Assembly: GCA_965204165.1 (NCBI GenBank)
Contig: OZ241969.1
Span: 771,461-835,460, forward strand
Direction of reading: 5' to 3'
Length of the DNA stretch: 64,000 nt
Source: Candidatus Poriferihabitaceae bacterium
GTDB taxonomy: Bacteria > Pseudomonadota > Gammaproteobacteria > Arenicellales > Poriferihabitantaceae
The notes beneath the pieces were generated by a model, which ran no database searches, was not told where the DNA came from, and was given only the letters and a program-made list of their open reading frames with translations. This document shows positions 42,971-52,298 of the stretch, one piece after another; the first letter of the stretch is position 1; every line of letters begins with the position of its first letter. A program made the position numbers and the translations under genes.

Positions 42971-43947
42971 CACCGACACCGCCACCGGCTGCGCCATCCT
43001 CATTCCTTGAGGGCAGCGCACCGCATGTCTACGCGGACACCGTAGCCGATACCGTGGCAAGCAAGTCAACAACAACATTCAGGCCGGTTTCCGTAGGGTT
43101 GCGAAGGCAATGGGGAGACAATCCGGGAGTAAGTCCGTCCATCACTGGCGGCGTAATAGGAATGCGAGAGCATGCCGACGGAAGCGCTACCGCAACATTC
43201 ACGGACACCGGCCCTAATGGAACAACTACAAGAACAATCACCTTCCCGGCCGAAAACTACGCCTCTCAAACCTTCGCTGACAACCACGTCAGGATCGGGG
43301 ATGCAGAATTGGAATTAATGCCTGCCACGTTGACATCACCAGAAAACGAACCCGACAAGGAATACTACAGGCTGAACTACTGGGGAGCCTGCTGGAGAAC
43401 GTGCATCGAGGGTTTCATTTCATATGGAACAAGAACCCAAATCGAATACAACGTTAACATCCAAGGGACCGCAAGCTACAACGGCTATATGTACGGACAT
43501 TACTTTGCGAACGACGGCAAAGGCCCAAGCTGGCGAACTCACCAGAAAGAACTTTGGTCAAAAATTGGACTTACTGCCAATCTTGACGACCTTACTATAT
43601 CGGGAGAAAGCATCGACGAGGGAGACGACAATTCGGGAGTCTGGATACGGGGCACCCAGGAATCCGGCAGGCAATGGAAAAAACTGCCTAACACCACGTC
43701 AATCACCATTTCCGAAGCAAGCATCGAGGGCGGACGCTACACCACGACTTGGGCCGGACAGGATACGGACGCAAACAACCCGCGTGAGTCAAGCGCACGG
43801 GGTTGGGGCGGAATCCTTATAGGGGATTTCTACGGCCCCAATGCCGAGGAAACCGCAGGCGTATTCGAAGGCAGAAGGCCAGCCGCCGGGTCCGCTGCTG
43901 AAGAATTCATCGCCGGTCGTTTTGGAGCAGAAAAAGTGGATGATTGA
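42220..43947 (+). CDS. Surface lipoprotein 2: lipobox, Ala-rich coiled-coil region, TbpB-like C-terminal barrel
   Basis: MNMKRYVLPLAVVAVFALAGC-GGG. A long A/E/T-rich helical region is followed by the C-terminus GGILIGDFYGPNAEETAGVFEG....FIAGRFGAEK. Confidence 0.8.
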   Translation: MNMKRYVLPLAVVAVFALAGCGGGSTSTPDDPAPPAADAGLAAAKTAAAAAMAAAQTAYDDARAAFDAVMSDRAADAGSYAVAQHRLAAAMAALDKAKAANTEAQAATETAAARTAQAAAEAAQAEAEAAKAEVVKYAGMVTAAAGEMRALTAARTAAMEAATAARTAATAARTAADLVKERLGADSEAYMDADEAATAAEAAATAAETASANAQADTMSADAEAEKTAAEGKQAEAEMKLAAAEELARRAPTPPPAAPSSFLEGSAPHVYADTVADTVASKSTTTFRPVSVGLRRQWGDNPGVSPSITGGVIGMREHADGSATATFTDTGPNGTTTRTITFPAENYASQTFADNHVRIGDAELELMPATLTSPENEPDKEYYRLNYWGACWRTCIEGFISYGTRTQIEYNVNIQGTASYNGYMYGHYFANDGKGPSWRTHQKELWSKIGLTANLDDLTISGESIDEGDDNSGVWIRGTQESGRQWKKLPNTTSITISEASIEGGRYTTTWAGQDTDANNPRESSARGWGGILIGDFYGPNAEETAGVFEGRRPAAGSAAEEFIAGRFGAEKVDD

Positions 43948-43995
43948 ATCCGTCACAGCAAACTGAACCATACAGGGACAGGAGACAAGGGAAGG

Positions 43996-45518
43996 ACTTG
44001 CAAAATTGCCTGATTGAGCGAGTTTTTCACCCCAACAGGCGATTTTCAAAGCAGGGCCAAGGGGTCGGACGGTGGTATAGTGAAGTCTTGAAACACACAC
44101 TGCGCCGCCGAACAACCCGATGCCCCTTGCGACGACTATATCCAACCTCCGCTACCTTTTTCAAGACGAAATTTTCCCGGCCATCGAGGACCGGACCGGA
44201 CGACTGTCGGAGAAGCACCGGCGCCTGATCGCGGTCCTTGACTGGGTGAAGGTGGAAACCTTCTTCCCTGCCTGCCCGGTGAGCGCCGGACGTCCGACGG
44301 CGGATCGGGTGGCCCTGGCGACGGCGTTCATCGCCAAGGCCATCTGGGATCTGCCCACCACCCGGCACCTGATGGACCGGATCCTGTCGGACCCGGCGCT
44401 GCGCAGGATGTGCGGGTGGAGCCGGTGTTCCGAGGTGCCGAGCGAGGCGACGTTCTCCAGGGCGTTTGCCTTGTTCGCTGAAGGCGACCTGCCGGGGAGG
44501 ATGCACGAGGCGCTGATCCGGAGCACCCTGGGCAGGGACGATGTGATCGTCGGGCACCTGTCCCGGGACTCGACGGCGATCGAGGCCCGGGAGAAACCGG
44601 AACGGAAAAAGGCTTCGGACAAGGATGAAGGCAATGGCAAGGATGGGAAGAAGGGAAAAACCGCGAAGCGCAAGCCGGGGCGTCCGCCCAAGGGGGATTC
44701 GTCCGAAGGGAAGCCCGAACGCAGACTGGAGCGGCAGTTGCAGATGTCCTTCGGGGAAATGATGGCGGACCTGCCGCGGAAATGCGGCATCGGCACCAAG
44801 CGCAACGCCAAGGGGTTCCTGACCTCCTGGAAGGGATACAAGCTCCACATCGACGGCGCGGACGGCGGCATACCGGTCAGCTGCATCCTGACCTCGGCCT
44901 TCCTCCATGACAGCCAGGCCGCCATTCCGCTGGCCGCGCAAAGCGACCGGCGGGTGACCGCGTGCTACGAAGTCATGGACAGCGCCTACGACGCCCCGGA
45001 AATCAGGGCCTACAGCGAATCCCTGGGCCATGTGCCGATCATCGACACCAATCCCCGCCGGGACCGGGCACTCAAGGAAAGTCTCCGCCGGGAGGCCCGC
45101 GCCCAGCGCGCCGCCGGGCATATCGATCACAAGACGGTGCGTTACCGTGAACGGTCCAACATCGAGCGGATCAACGGACGGCTCAAGGACGAGTTCGGCG
45201 GCCGCCATGTCCGCGTGCGGGGACCCACCAAGGTGAACTGCCACCTGATGTGGGGCATCCTCGCACTCACGGTGGACCAGCTTCTCCGGCTCGGGACCTG
45301 AGTCGAACCCCGAACCGATTTCCCTGCTGAATACCCTGCCATCCCGCGAAGATGGCGTGGAAAGGCTCGTCCCGAAACCACCGGAATCCCCTCGTCGGGG
45401 TACTTCACGCCCTCCCGGACGGCAAAATCCATCCGTAATTGATCGCCAGCGATGGCGCTATCCGGCCATTCTTATTGTGCGTTGCACAATACTTCTCTCT
45501 CGCCGGAATTTTGCAAGT
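43996..45518 (+). mobile_element. IS4/IS5-superfamily insertion sequence (1,523 bp) between the two paralogous lipoprotein genes
   Basis: The ends are ACTTGCAAAATTGCC... and ...GGAATTTTGCAAGT (13-14 bp inverted repeat). The left 172 bp recur inverted at 50919-51091. I found no clear TSD. Confidence 0.65.
44120..45301 (+). CDS. DDE transposase (DDE_Tnp_1 type, IS4/IS5 superfamily)
   Basis: 393 aa. Motifs: SRDSTAIEAREKP, WKGYKLHIDGADGGIPV, VMDSAYDAPEIRAY, YRERSNIERINGRLKDEFG. Confidence 0.85.
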   Translation: MPLATTISNLRYLFQDEIFPAIEDRTGRLSEKHRRLIAVLDWVKVETFFPACPVSAGRPTADRVALATAFIAKAIWDLPTTRHLMDRILSDPALRRMCGWSRCSEVPSEATFSRAFALFAEGDLPGRMHEALIRSTLGRDDVIVGHLSRDSTAIEAREKPERKKASDKDEGNGKDGKKGKTAKRKPGRPPKGDSSEGKPERRLERQLQMSFGEMMADLPRKCGIGTKRNAKGFLTSWKGYKLHIDGADGGIPVSCILTSAFLHDSQAAIPLAAQSDRRVTACYEVMDSAYDAPEIRAYSESLGHVPIIDTNPRRDRALKESLRREARAQRAAGHIDHKTVRYRERSNIERINGRLKDEFGGRHVRVRGPTKVNCHLMWGILALTVDQLLRLGT

Positions 45519-45646
45519 GGCTCTTGTTTTCCTTCTTCAGTCCCGGTATTCTCTACCGTGCCTGATTTATGTGGGCGCAGACGCGGTTAGGTCTGGTTGA
45601 AATGGTGAAGGGACAGGGAGGGAGACCTCCCTGTCCCGGAACTATA

Positions 45647-46451
45647 GAAACCAACCAAACGCGCTGAATGTTCAACCCAACCAAACCGAGATACCAAATC
45701 ATGAATATGAAAAGATACGTGCTGCCTCTGGCAGTTGCCGCGGTATTCGCCCTCGCCGGTTGCGGAGGGGGAAGTTCGACACCGCCGGATGATCCCGACC
45801 CACCGGCGGCGGACGCGGGGCTGGCCGCGGCGAAGACTGCTGCGGCCGCTGCGATGGCGGCGGCGCAGACGGCGTATGACGATGCGCGGGCGGCGTTCGA
45901 CGCCGTGATGTCGGACCGGGCGGCTGACGCGGGCTCCTACGCCGTTGCGCAGAACAGGCTGGCCGCGGCGATGGCTGCCTTCGAGAAGGCGAGGGCGGCG
46001 AACACCGAGGCCCAGGCGGCCACGGAAACTGCGGCGGCCCGGACGGCGCAGGCGGCGGCCGAGGCGGCGCAGGCGGCGGCCGAAGCCGCGAAGGCGGAGG
46101 TCGTCAAGTACGCGGGCATGGTGACGGCGGCGGCGGGGGAGATGAGAGCCCTGACCGCCGCCAGGACCGCGGCAATGGAAGCGGCGACGGCGGCGCGCAC
46201 GGCGGCGACGGCGGCGCGCACGGCGGCTGATCTGGTCAAGGAGCGGCTGGGCGCCGATTCGGAGGCTTACATGGACGCCGACGAGGCGGCGACGGCCGCC
46301 GAGGCGGCGGCGACGGCTGCCGAGACGGCTTCCGCCAATGCGCAGGCGGACACGATGTCGGCCGACGCGGAGGCCGAGAAGACGGCCGCCGAGGGCAAGC
46401 AGGCCGAGGCGGAGATGAAGCTCGCGGCCGCGGAGGAACTGGCGCGCCAGG
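45647..46451 (+). repeat. ~805-bp direct repeat, copy 2
   Basis: See 42166-42970. Confidence 0.85.
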
Positions 46452-48310
46452 CCGGCGTGACGGTTGCCGGTCTCAACCGGCTGCGCATCGAGCAGGCGCA
46501 GGATGAGGCGGGGGTGGCCAAGACGGCCGCCATGGAACACGCCGTCTCGGCCCGCTCCAAGGCGACGATGGCCCGGGCGGAGGCAACGAAGGCGCGTGCC
46601 GCCGCGGACAGGGCCATGAGGGCGCGGACCGACTACGCCAAGGCCGACATGAAGGCCACGGAAGCGGAGATGGCGGCGACGGCGGCCGAGACTGCCGCGA
46701 CGGCGGCCGAGGCTGCCGCGATGGACGCGGAGGCCGCGTACATGGCCTCGAAGGCCGACGACGTGACGGCCGAGACCGCGCGTGCGGAGCGTGACAGGGC
46801 GCAGATGCAGCAGCGCACCGCCATGGCCATGGACACCGGCGATGACGGCGCGAATGCCCAATACATGGCCGCGAAGACGGCGGCGGCGGAGGCGGCAACC
46901 GCGTCCACGACGTACTTGCTCGAACTGCTCAAGGTCGCGAGCGGCCAGGGCCTGGCCGACGCCGAGAAGAAGGCGCGCATCACATTGGTGCGTAACCTGA
47001 TCGAGGACTCCGGTGACCAGGAGCGTGATACCCACGTCACCGTTACCACGGGCAAGGCCCTTACCACGCAAGCCGACGGCCAGGGCAATGCGAACAACTC
47101 GGTGGACGGCCTCTGGCGGTACAACACCAACGACAACGACCAGATTGCCAACAACGCCTATGGAGCCCGGATCACGCACCCGATCGGCGAGGACCGCGTA
47201 TACCGCTTCGGCAAGTACGCTGCCGAGCGCCTGAGGACGCCGGACCCGGCGGTCACGACGGATCAGGCGACGCAGCGGGACCTGCCGACGCTCGGCCGCT
47301 TCACCGGCGTCGAGCTGTCCAAGCAGGACGGCGACCACCTGTCCACTGTCCACATCTACACCGACTACGACCCGTCCAAGCGGACGGCGGCGGTGAAGGC
47401 GGGCAACATCAGCAGCGTTCTGGCTTCCTCGGGGACGGTGTCGGGCACGTTCGACCTCAGCACGGCGGGCACCATCACGACCCTCGCGGGGAGCAAGTTC
47501 ACCGCGGGCGGGGTCACCTACAGCGGCACCGGCCTTGAGTTCGCTTGCACGGCGCCGGCCGACTGCTCGTACACGAGCACCGGGGCGGCGGCCACCGCGA
47601 CGATCACGTCGCTAGGCAGCGGCTGGCGTGTGACCGGCTCCGCGGCCGCGGTGCCGATGGCGGAGGATCCCGACTACATGACCTTCGGGTACTGGCTGAA
47701 TCTGGGAGGCAACAACTCGGGCGGCCAGGACGAACGCCTCGGCGCATTCGCGTCCGGCAACGCCTTCAGTTCGGTGAGTCCCGATGGTGTCATCACGGCC
47801 CTGACCGGCACGGCGACGTACCGGGGCCATGCTGCGGGGCTTCACGGGATGACCGGGGCGAAGGAGGCGGTCCAGCCGTTCGACGCCAGGGCGGAGCTGA
47901 CGGCGAAGTTCGGCACGGCTACCGAGCTGGGCGGCCTCCAGGGCAGGATCTACGACATCAACTCCGGCGGCGAAAGGCTGACGGGGGAGTTGAGCGAGGT
48001 CACCCTGGCGTACGGTGAGGTGGATACCGCAACCTCCCGGAGTCTCACCTATTACCACACCCGGATGGGCACGCCGAAGCTAGACCCCACCCTTGCGACG
48101 CCTACGGCGACCTACCCGATGAACGGGTTCTGGCATGCCCGGTTCTCCGAGGCGGTTGTTGAGGGCGCCGAGGCCGGCAAGAAATACCCGACCGCGGTGA
48201 TCGGCACCTTCGGGGTCAGCGGGACCCTCGACATGGGCACGGCGGACAACACGGCGGACGACGTGACCCACAGCCTGATCGGCGGCTTCGGGACGCACCT
48301 GGAGGACTGA
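45701..48310 (+). CDS. Surface lipoprotein 3: same N-terminal module as lipoprotein 2, longer coiled coil, divergent TbpB/HpuA-like C-terminal barrel
   Basis: MNMKRYVLPLAVAAVFALAGC-GGG. The C-terminal pattern is GTATYRGHAAG..FDARAELTAKFG..LQGRIYDI..VIGTFGVSG...LIGGFGTHLED. Confidence 0.8.
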   Translation: MNMKRYVLPLAVAAVFALAGCGGGSSTPPDDPDPPAADAGLAAAKTAAAAAMAAAQTAYDDARAAFDAVMSDRAADAGSYAVAQNRLAAAMAAFEKARAANTEAQAATETAAARTAQAAAEAAQAAAEAAKAEVVKYAGMVTAAAGEMRALTAARTAAMEAATAARTAATAARTAADLVKERLGADSEAYMDADEAATAAEAAATAAETASANAQADTMSADAEAEKTAAEGKQAEAEMKLAAAEELARQAGVTVAGLNRLRIEQAQDEAGVAKTAAMEHAVSARSKATMARAEATKARAAADRAMRARTDYAKADMKATEAEMAATAAETAATAAEAAAMDAEAAYMASKADDVTAETARAERDRAQMQQRTAMAMDTGDDGANAQYMAAKTAAAEAATASTTYLLELLKVASGQGLADAEKKARITLVRNLIEDSGDQERDTHVTVTTGKALTTQADGQGNANNSVDGLWRYNTNDNDQIANNAYGARITHPIGEDRVYRFGKYAAERLRTPDPAVTTDQATQRDLPTLGRFTGVELSKQDGDHLSTVHIYTDYDPSKRTAAVKAGNISSVLASSGTVSGTFDLSTAGTITTLAGSKFTAGGVTYSGTGLEFACTAPADCSYTSTGAAATATITSLGSGWRVTGSAAAVPMAEDPDYMTFGYWLNLGGNNSGGQDERLGAFASGNAFSSVSPDGVITALTGTATYRGHAAGLHGMTGAKEAVQPFDARAELTAKFGTATELGGLQGRIYDINSGGERLTGELSEVTLAYGEVDTATSRSLTYYHTRMGTPKLDPTLATPTATYPMNGFWHARFSEAVVEGAEAGKKYPTAVIGTFGVSGTLDMGTADNTADDVTHSLIGGFGTHLED

Positions 48311-48324
48311 TCTTCAACGAGGGT

Positions 48325-48366
48325 GGCGGCCCTTTACATGACTCTTTCGGGCCGCCATTCATTTCT
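48325..48366 (+). terminator. Possible rho-independent terminator after lipoprotein 3
   Basis: Stem GGCGGCCC / GGGCCGCC with a 16-nt loop, then ATTCATTTCT. The loop is long and the T-tract weak. Confidence 0.4.
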
Positions 48367-49511
48367 CACCCCGGGCGTGTCTTCGGACATGCCCGGGTTT
48401 TTTTACCTCTGGCATATGGGAATGGGGATGAGGGGCTGAGATTCATAGCCTTGGCTCCCCGGAATATGCAAGCCAAGGGTTTTCTTTTCGATTGCCTTCA
48501 CAAACGGACCTGGCCCCGGCCGTGGCGGTAGCGGGGCCCGATGCCTGGCTTGACCGCTGCGGCCCCTGAATTGCGCCGTATGGCGTTTTCCGGTCCGGGG
48601 CCGTCCCGCGACACTCCGGAATCAACCGGGACCAGATACGGTCGTCTGGCGCGGGCCTCGATGCGTGACATTATTCAAGGATCCCGGCATACTGTCACGC
48701 ATCGACGAACCCGGTATTGCGACGATGCCATACTGCAATTCCCCTGTAATAGATCACTTTTTTTCACCGGGAATGTGTGTCCAAAGGAAGATGAGCCTGA
48801 AGCGGGCAATCGCGCTATTTGTATTGTTCATGCTATTCTTTGTCGTGGTCATGGTTCACTCCTCAGTGTGAATGGTTTAGCTGAAATCATTGGGGCTCTC
48901 AGAAGCCGGATCTGATCGGGGTGGGCCATGGCCGCTTCCCCTCCTGCCGGACCCGCCGTGCTGTTTGCCGCGTATTGATCATGCGCCGTTACTGTAGCGG
49001 GTTTCAGTGCAGGAAACCTGCGGGCGTATATGGACGCCGCCGGGTTTGCAACCCCCCGGCTTCACGCTTTGGCAGTTTGACAGGTCGTCGAGCGCGGTCG
49101 TATATCAGGCCTCTGATTAAGCGGCATCACGATGTGCCGCGGGCCGGTATGGATATCAGCGGAACAGGTCCAGATCGCACTGTAGGCCTTTAGGCCGATG
49201 CCCGCACATGGTTTTCCTGTTCCCGGCTATTCGACTGTTTGCCCCTACTGTCTCTGCGCTCTTTCGAGTGGTTGCAACAACCCGGTCTCCCGGTTCCTCG
49301 TGGTTAACTCACGATCGCCGGAAAGCCGGGACGGTTCCGGAGTACTCCCGGAATCGTTCAGGTGCCGGTCCGGCCTGCCTTTCAGACCGCAGCGGCGAAG
49401 TTCTTTTCCAGGGCCGGGGAAGCCTCTGCAGGCCCGTCCTGGCGCCGAACGCGGGACACCCTCGGCCATACGAGGTCGTCAACCCATGTCTGAGTGTCTC
49501 CGGATACATTC

Positions 49512-50567
49512 TCACGCTCCCGCGGCCTGAATGCCGGCAGCCCGGACTACCGCGTCATGCCGATAGTCCTCCCCCTTCATCAGCAGCGCCCACATGATCC
49601 GTGCCATCTTGTTGGCCAGCACGATGGCGGCCTGGATCGTCGGCTTGCGTTCGAGCAGCCGCTTCAACCAGGGGTCCGGCTCCTTGCCCCAGCGGGTCGT
49701 TCGCTGGATCACGGTCATCGCGCCGGTGATCAGCAGTCGGCGCAGGTCCCGCTGACCCATCTTCGACAGCTCCCCGATCCTGGTCTTCCCCCCGGACGAT
49801 TTCTGAAGGGGCACGAGACCGAGCCAGGCTGCGAAATCCCTGCCGCACCTGAAGTCCTCCATGTCCGGCGCAAAGGCCAGGAACGCCAGTCCCGTGATCG
49901 GGCCCACGCCCGGAATGGTCCGAAGGCGCCGAATGGTTTCATCATCCCTGGCGGCCGCCCGGCCCTGGCGGTCCAGTTCGACAATCCGGGCATCGAACGC
50001 GCGGATCTGCTTTACGAGCATGTCCGCCATCTCCCGGGCGAGGTCGGGAAGCCGGGAGTCTTCCCGGTCCTCCAGCACCGCCTCCAGGGTCTTGACGTTG
50101 GCCCGCCCCCTGGGCGCCACCAGGCCGTACTCCGCCAGCAGTCCCCGCAGGGAATTGATGGTCTGCGTACGCTGACGGACCATGAGGTCCCGGACCCGGA
50201 ACAGCATGGCCCGTGCCTGCTGGCCTTCGTCTTTCACCGAAACGACCCGCATCGTCGGGCGTGAGGCCGCCTCCGCGATGGCTTCCGCATCCGCCATGTC
50301 GTTCTTGTGCCGTTTGACGAACGGCTTCACATAGGCGGGCGGCAGAATATGAACCCGGTGGCCCAGCTGGCGGATCTCACGTGCCCAGTGATGGGCCCCA
50401 CCGCAGGCCTCCAACGCAACCAGGCAGGGGGGCTGCTTGCCCAGAAAGTACAGCAGCTTCCCCCGCGTGACCCGCTTGCGGAATGCCACCGAGCCATCCT
50501 TGTAGGCCCCGTGGAGCTGGAACAGGTTCTTTGCCAGGTCAATACCGATGATGCTAATCTTTTTCAT
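49512..50567 (-). CDS. IS110-family (DEDD) transposase/recombinase
   Basis: 351 aa. Motifs: MKKISIIGIDLAKNLFQL (DEDD N-terminus), VALEACGGAHHWAR, LRTIPGVGPITGLAFLA, AAWLGLVPLQKSSGGK. Confidence 0.9.
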   Translation of the reverse strand: MKKISIIGIDLAKNLFQLHGAYKDGSVAFRKRVTRGKLLYFLGKQPPCLVALEACGGAHHWAREIRQLGHRVHILPPAYVKPFVKRHKNDMADAEAIAEAASRPTMRVVSVKDEGQQARAMLFRVRDLMVRQRTQTINSLRGLLAEYGLVAPRGRANVKTLEAVLEDREDSRLPDLAREMADMLVKQIRAFDARIVELDRQGRAAARDDETIRRLRTIPGVGPITGLAFLAFAPDMEDFRCGRDFAAWLGLVPLQKSSGGKTRIGELSKMGQRDLRRLLITGAMTVIQRTTRWGKEPDPWLKRLLERKPTIQAAIVLANKMARIMWALLMKGEDYRHDAVVRAAGIQAAGA

Positions 50568-50895
50568 GGATGTCGTCTCTCGTTGAAGGAGTGTTCAATG
50601 CCAGCCTGCTGGCACCTGCTTCACTATGAAGCAGTGGAGAGGCGGCGTCCATTCCATCGCACCCGGCAGGACGCACCCGACCCCAACCGCTTGCAGACCA
50701 ACACCCTGGCCGATTGCCGTGTACCGGCACCGCGCGCCTCCGCGGTCCGACACGCTTACGGATTGCGATGCCGCCTGACAGGCGTCTGCCGGGATGCTGA
50801 CCGTGTTGCGGGATATGCAGGCGTTTCCCGAAGCCGTCACCGATGGTGCCGCAAGAGGCGGAGGCGATTCATTCCATTAAGTCTTCGTCTTCGTC
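50568..50895 (-). ncRNA. Candidate bridge (guide) RNA region of the IS110-family element
   Basis: Non-coding and immediately 5' of the recombinase gene. It is rich in local hairpins: GCCAGC-CT-GCTGGC, CTGCTTCA-CTA-TGAAGCAG, GCCTG-A-CAGGC. The position matches where IS110-group bridge RNAs are encoded. The exact RNA is not defined. Confidence 0.3.
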
Positions 50896-50918
50896 GTCAG
50901 TCAGTCAGTCAGTCAGTC
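50896..50918 (+). repeat. Tetranucleotide microsatellite (GTCA)5GTC, preceded by GTCTTC-GTCTTC-GTCGTC
   Basis: Read directly. It sits exactly at the junction between the IS110 upstream arm and the truncated IS remnant. Confidence 0.85.
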
Positions 50919-51091
50919 TTGAAAAAGGCTCCGGATGTTGGATATAGTCGTTGCAAAGGGGCATCGGGTCGTTCGGCGGCACATTGTGTGTTTCCGGATT
51001 TCACTATGCTCACCGTCCGACCCCTTGGCCCTGCTTTAAAGCCCTCCTGACGGGGGGATGAAAGAACGCTCAATCAGGCAATTTTCCGAGT
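50919..51091 (-). mobile_element. 173-bp remnant (left end only, inverted) of the IS found at 43996-45518
   Basis: The reverse complement aligns with 43996-44167, including the first ~16 transposase codons, with one indel and several substitutions. Homology stops at the microsatellite. Confidence 0.75.
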
Positions 51092-51123
51092 TGCTCGCGC
51101 AATATCCATACCGACTGGAGATA

Positions 51124-51992
51124 ATGAATAACGAAATCAAGGATGCGGGGGATCTGACCCTGAAAGATCGACTCTCTCACCTGACATACGCCCAGGCTGT
51201 AAAACTGCTGAAACCGGACGGGGAGAGGATGCTGCTGCATGGCGGTCACTGCGATATCAATCCGGATGCGCAGGTGCGACTTGACGATCGCTGTTTTTCC
51301 CTGAACCTTCACGAGGCCGATGTGGAAATTACCCTGACCCGGGAGTTGCGGCCCGCCTTGCAGTGGAAGTGCAGTTGCGGGGAATCGGTCTGTGTCCACG
51401 TCGGCGCCGCCTTTTCCCTCGTGCTGGAAGAAAAGACCCTGCTGGGATTGGCGAAGGCGCCTCCGGAGACATTGGAGGCGCCCCCTCTGAGCGACGAGGA
51501 ACTGGTCGCGAATGCGATCGAGGAGCGCCTGGAGAGAGCGGATTCGGAAAAGATGCGGGTCAAGTCCCTGGATGCCTCGGTTATCTGGACCGACTATCTG
51601 GTGACCAATGCCCATTCCGGGAAAACCTACAGGGTTGCCCTGCGGGGCTGGGAGCGCGGCGAGTCCTATTGCAGTTGCCCTGATTTTCGCAAGAACACCC
51701 TGGGCACCTGCAAACATGTCCTGTACGTCCTGAAGAGGGCGAGAAAGCGATTTCCCGCAGCGGTGCGTGCCCGTGCTCACGTTCAGGACCGGATTGCCGT
51801 GCATCTGTTGTACGACAAGACATTGGAGTTGCGCTTGCTCCTGCCGGAGCAGTTGGATCCGCAGTGCGGGAAGCTTGTCAAACCTTATGCGGGCAAGGCC
51901 ATTACCGACGTGCATCGCCTGCTTCAGTGCATCTGGAAACTGGAGCAGATGGGAGAGTCCGTACTGGTTTATCCGGATGCCGAAACCTATAT
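51124..51992 (+). pseudogene. N-terminal ~290 codons of a SWIM zinc-finger protein of the kind found at the N-terminus of SNF2-family helicases; truncated by IS21
   Basis: Two SWIM-like CxC..CxH motifs: WKCSCGESVCVHVG and YCSCPDFRKNTLGTCKHVLYVL. The native sequence ends at ..VYPDAETYI, where the IS21 terminus TGGGTATTCCACGG begins (51993). Confidence 0.65.
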
Positions 51993-52298
51993 TGGGTATT
52001 CCACGGCAAAGTTGCCACCCATTCCACGCTGAAAGTTGCCACCGATTCCACGGCAAAGTTGCCACTCATTCCACGGTGAAAGTTGCCACTTTCACCAAGG
52101 CATACCCTCCCATCGGAGCCGAACGACGCATGATTGACAACCCGGTATGGTGCCCGCCTTTTCAACGAGGAGGCACCCATGCCACACAAGAGTCTATCCA
52201 TGCGCAAAATCAAGGAAATCCTGAGGCTGAACCAGCAAGGGCTGAGCAACCGGGAAATCGGCAGGATCTGCAGGATCAGCCACACCACGGTCAGCAAC

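Larger units (their letters stand above)
49512..50895 (-). mobile_element. IS110-family element; minimum span shown, true ends not resolved
   Basis: Transposase gene plus a ~330-bp upstream non-coding arm. IS110-family elements lack classical IRs and TSDs, so I could not fix the ends by eye. Confidence 0.55.

Noticed and set aside
45587-47353. ORF 45587-47353 (-, 588 aa) and several Ala- or Arg-rich ORFs opposite the lipoprotein genes (42456-42758, 45937-46239, 46267-46898)
   Set aside because: They are antisense to GCN-rich (Ala-rich) coding sequence, which automatically stays open on the other strand. They have no start context or motifs.
51993-52100. Regularly spaced ~21-bp repeats (TTCCACGG.AAAGTTGCCAC) that could be mistaken for a small CRISPR array; the same pattern occurs at 56610-56715, 59455-59532 and 61705-61813
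   Set aside because: Spacers are only ~4-6 bp, the repeats lie at the termini of IS21 copies next to istA/istB, and they occur as inverted sets. These are IS21 multiple terminal repeats, not CRISPR.
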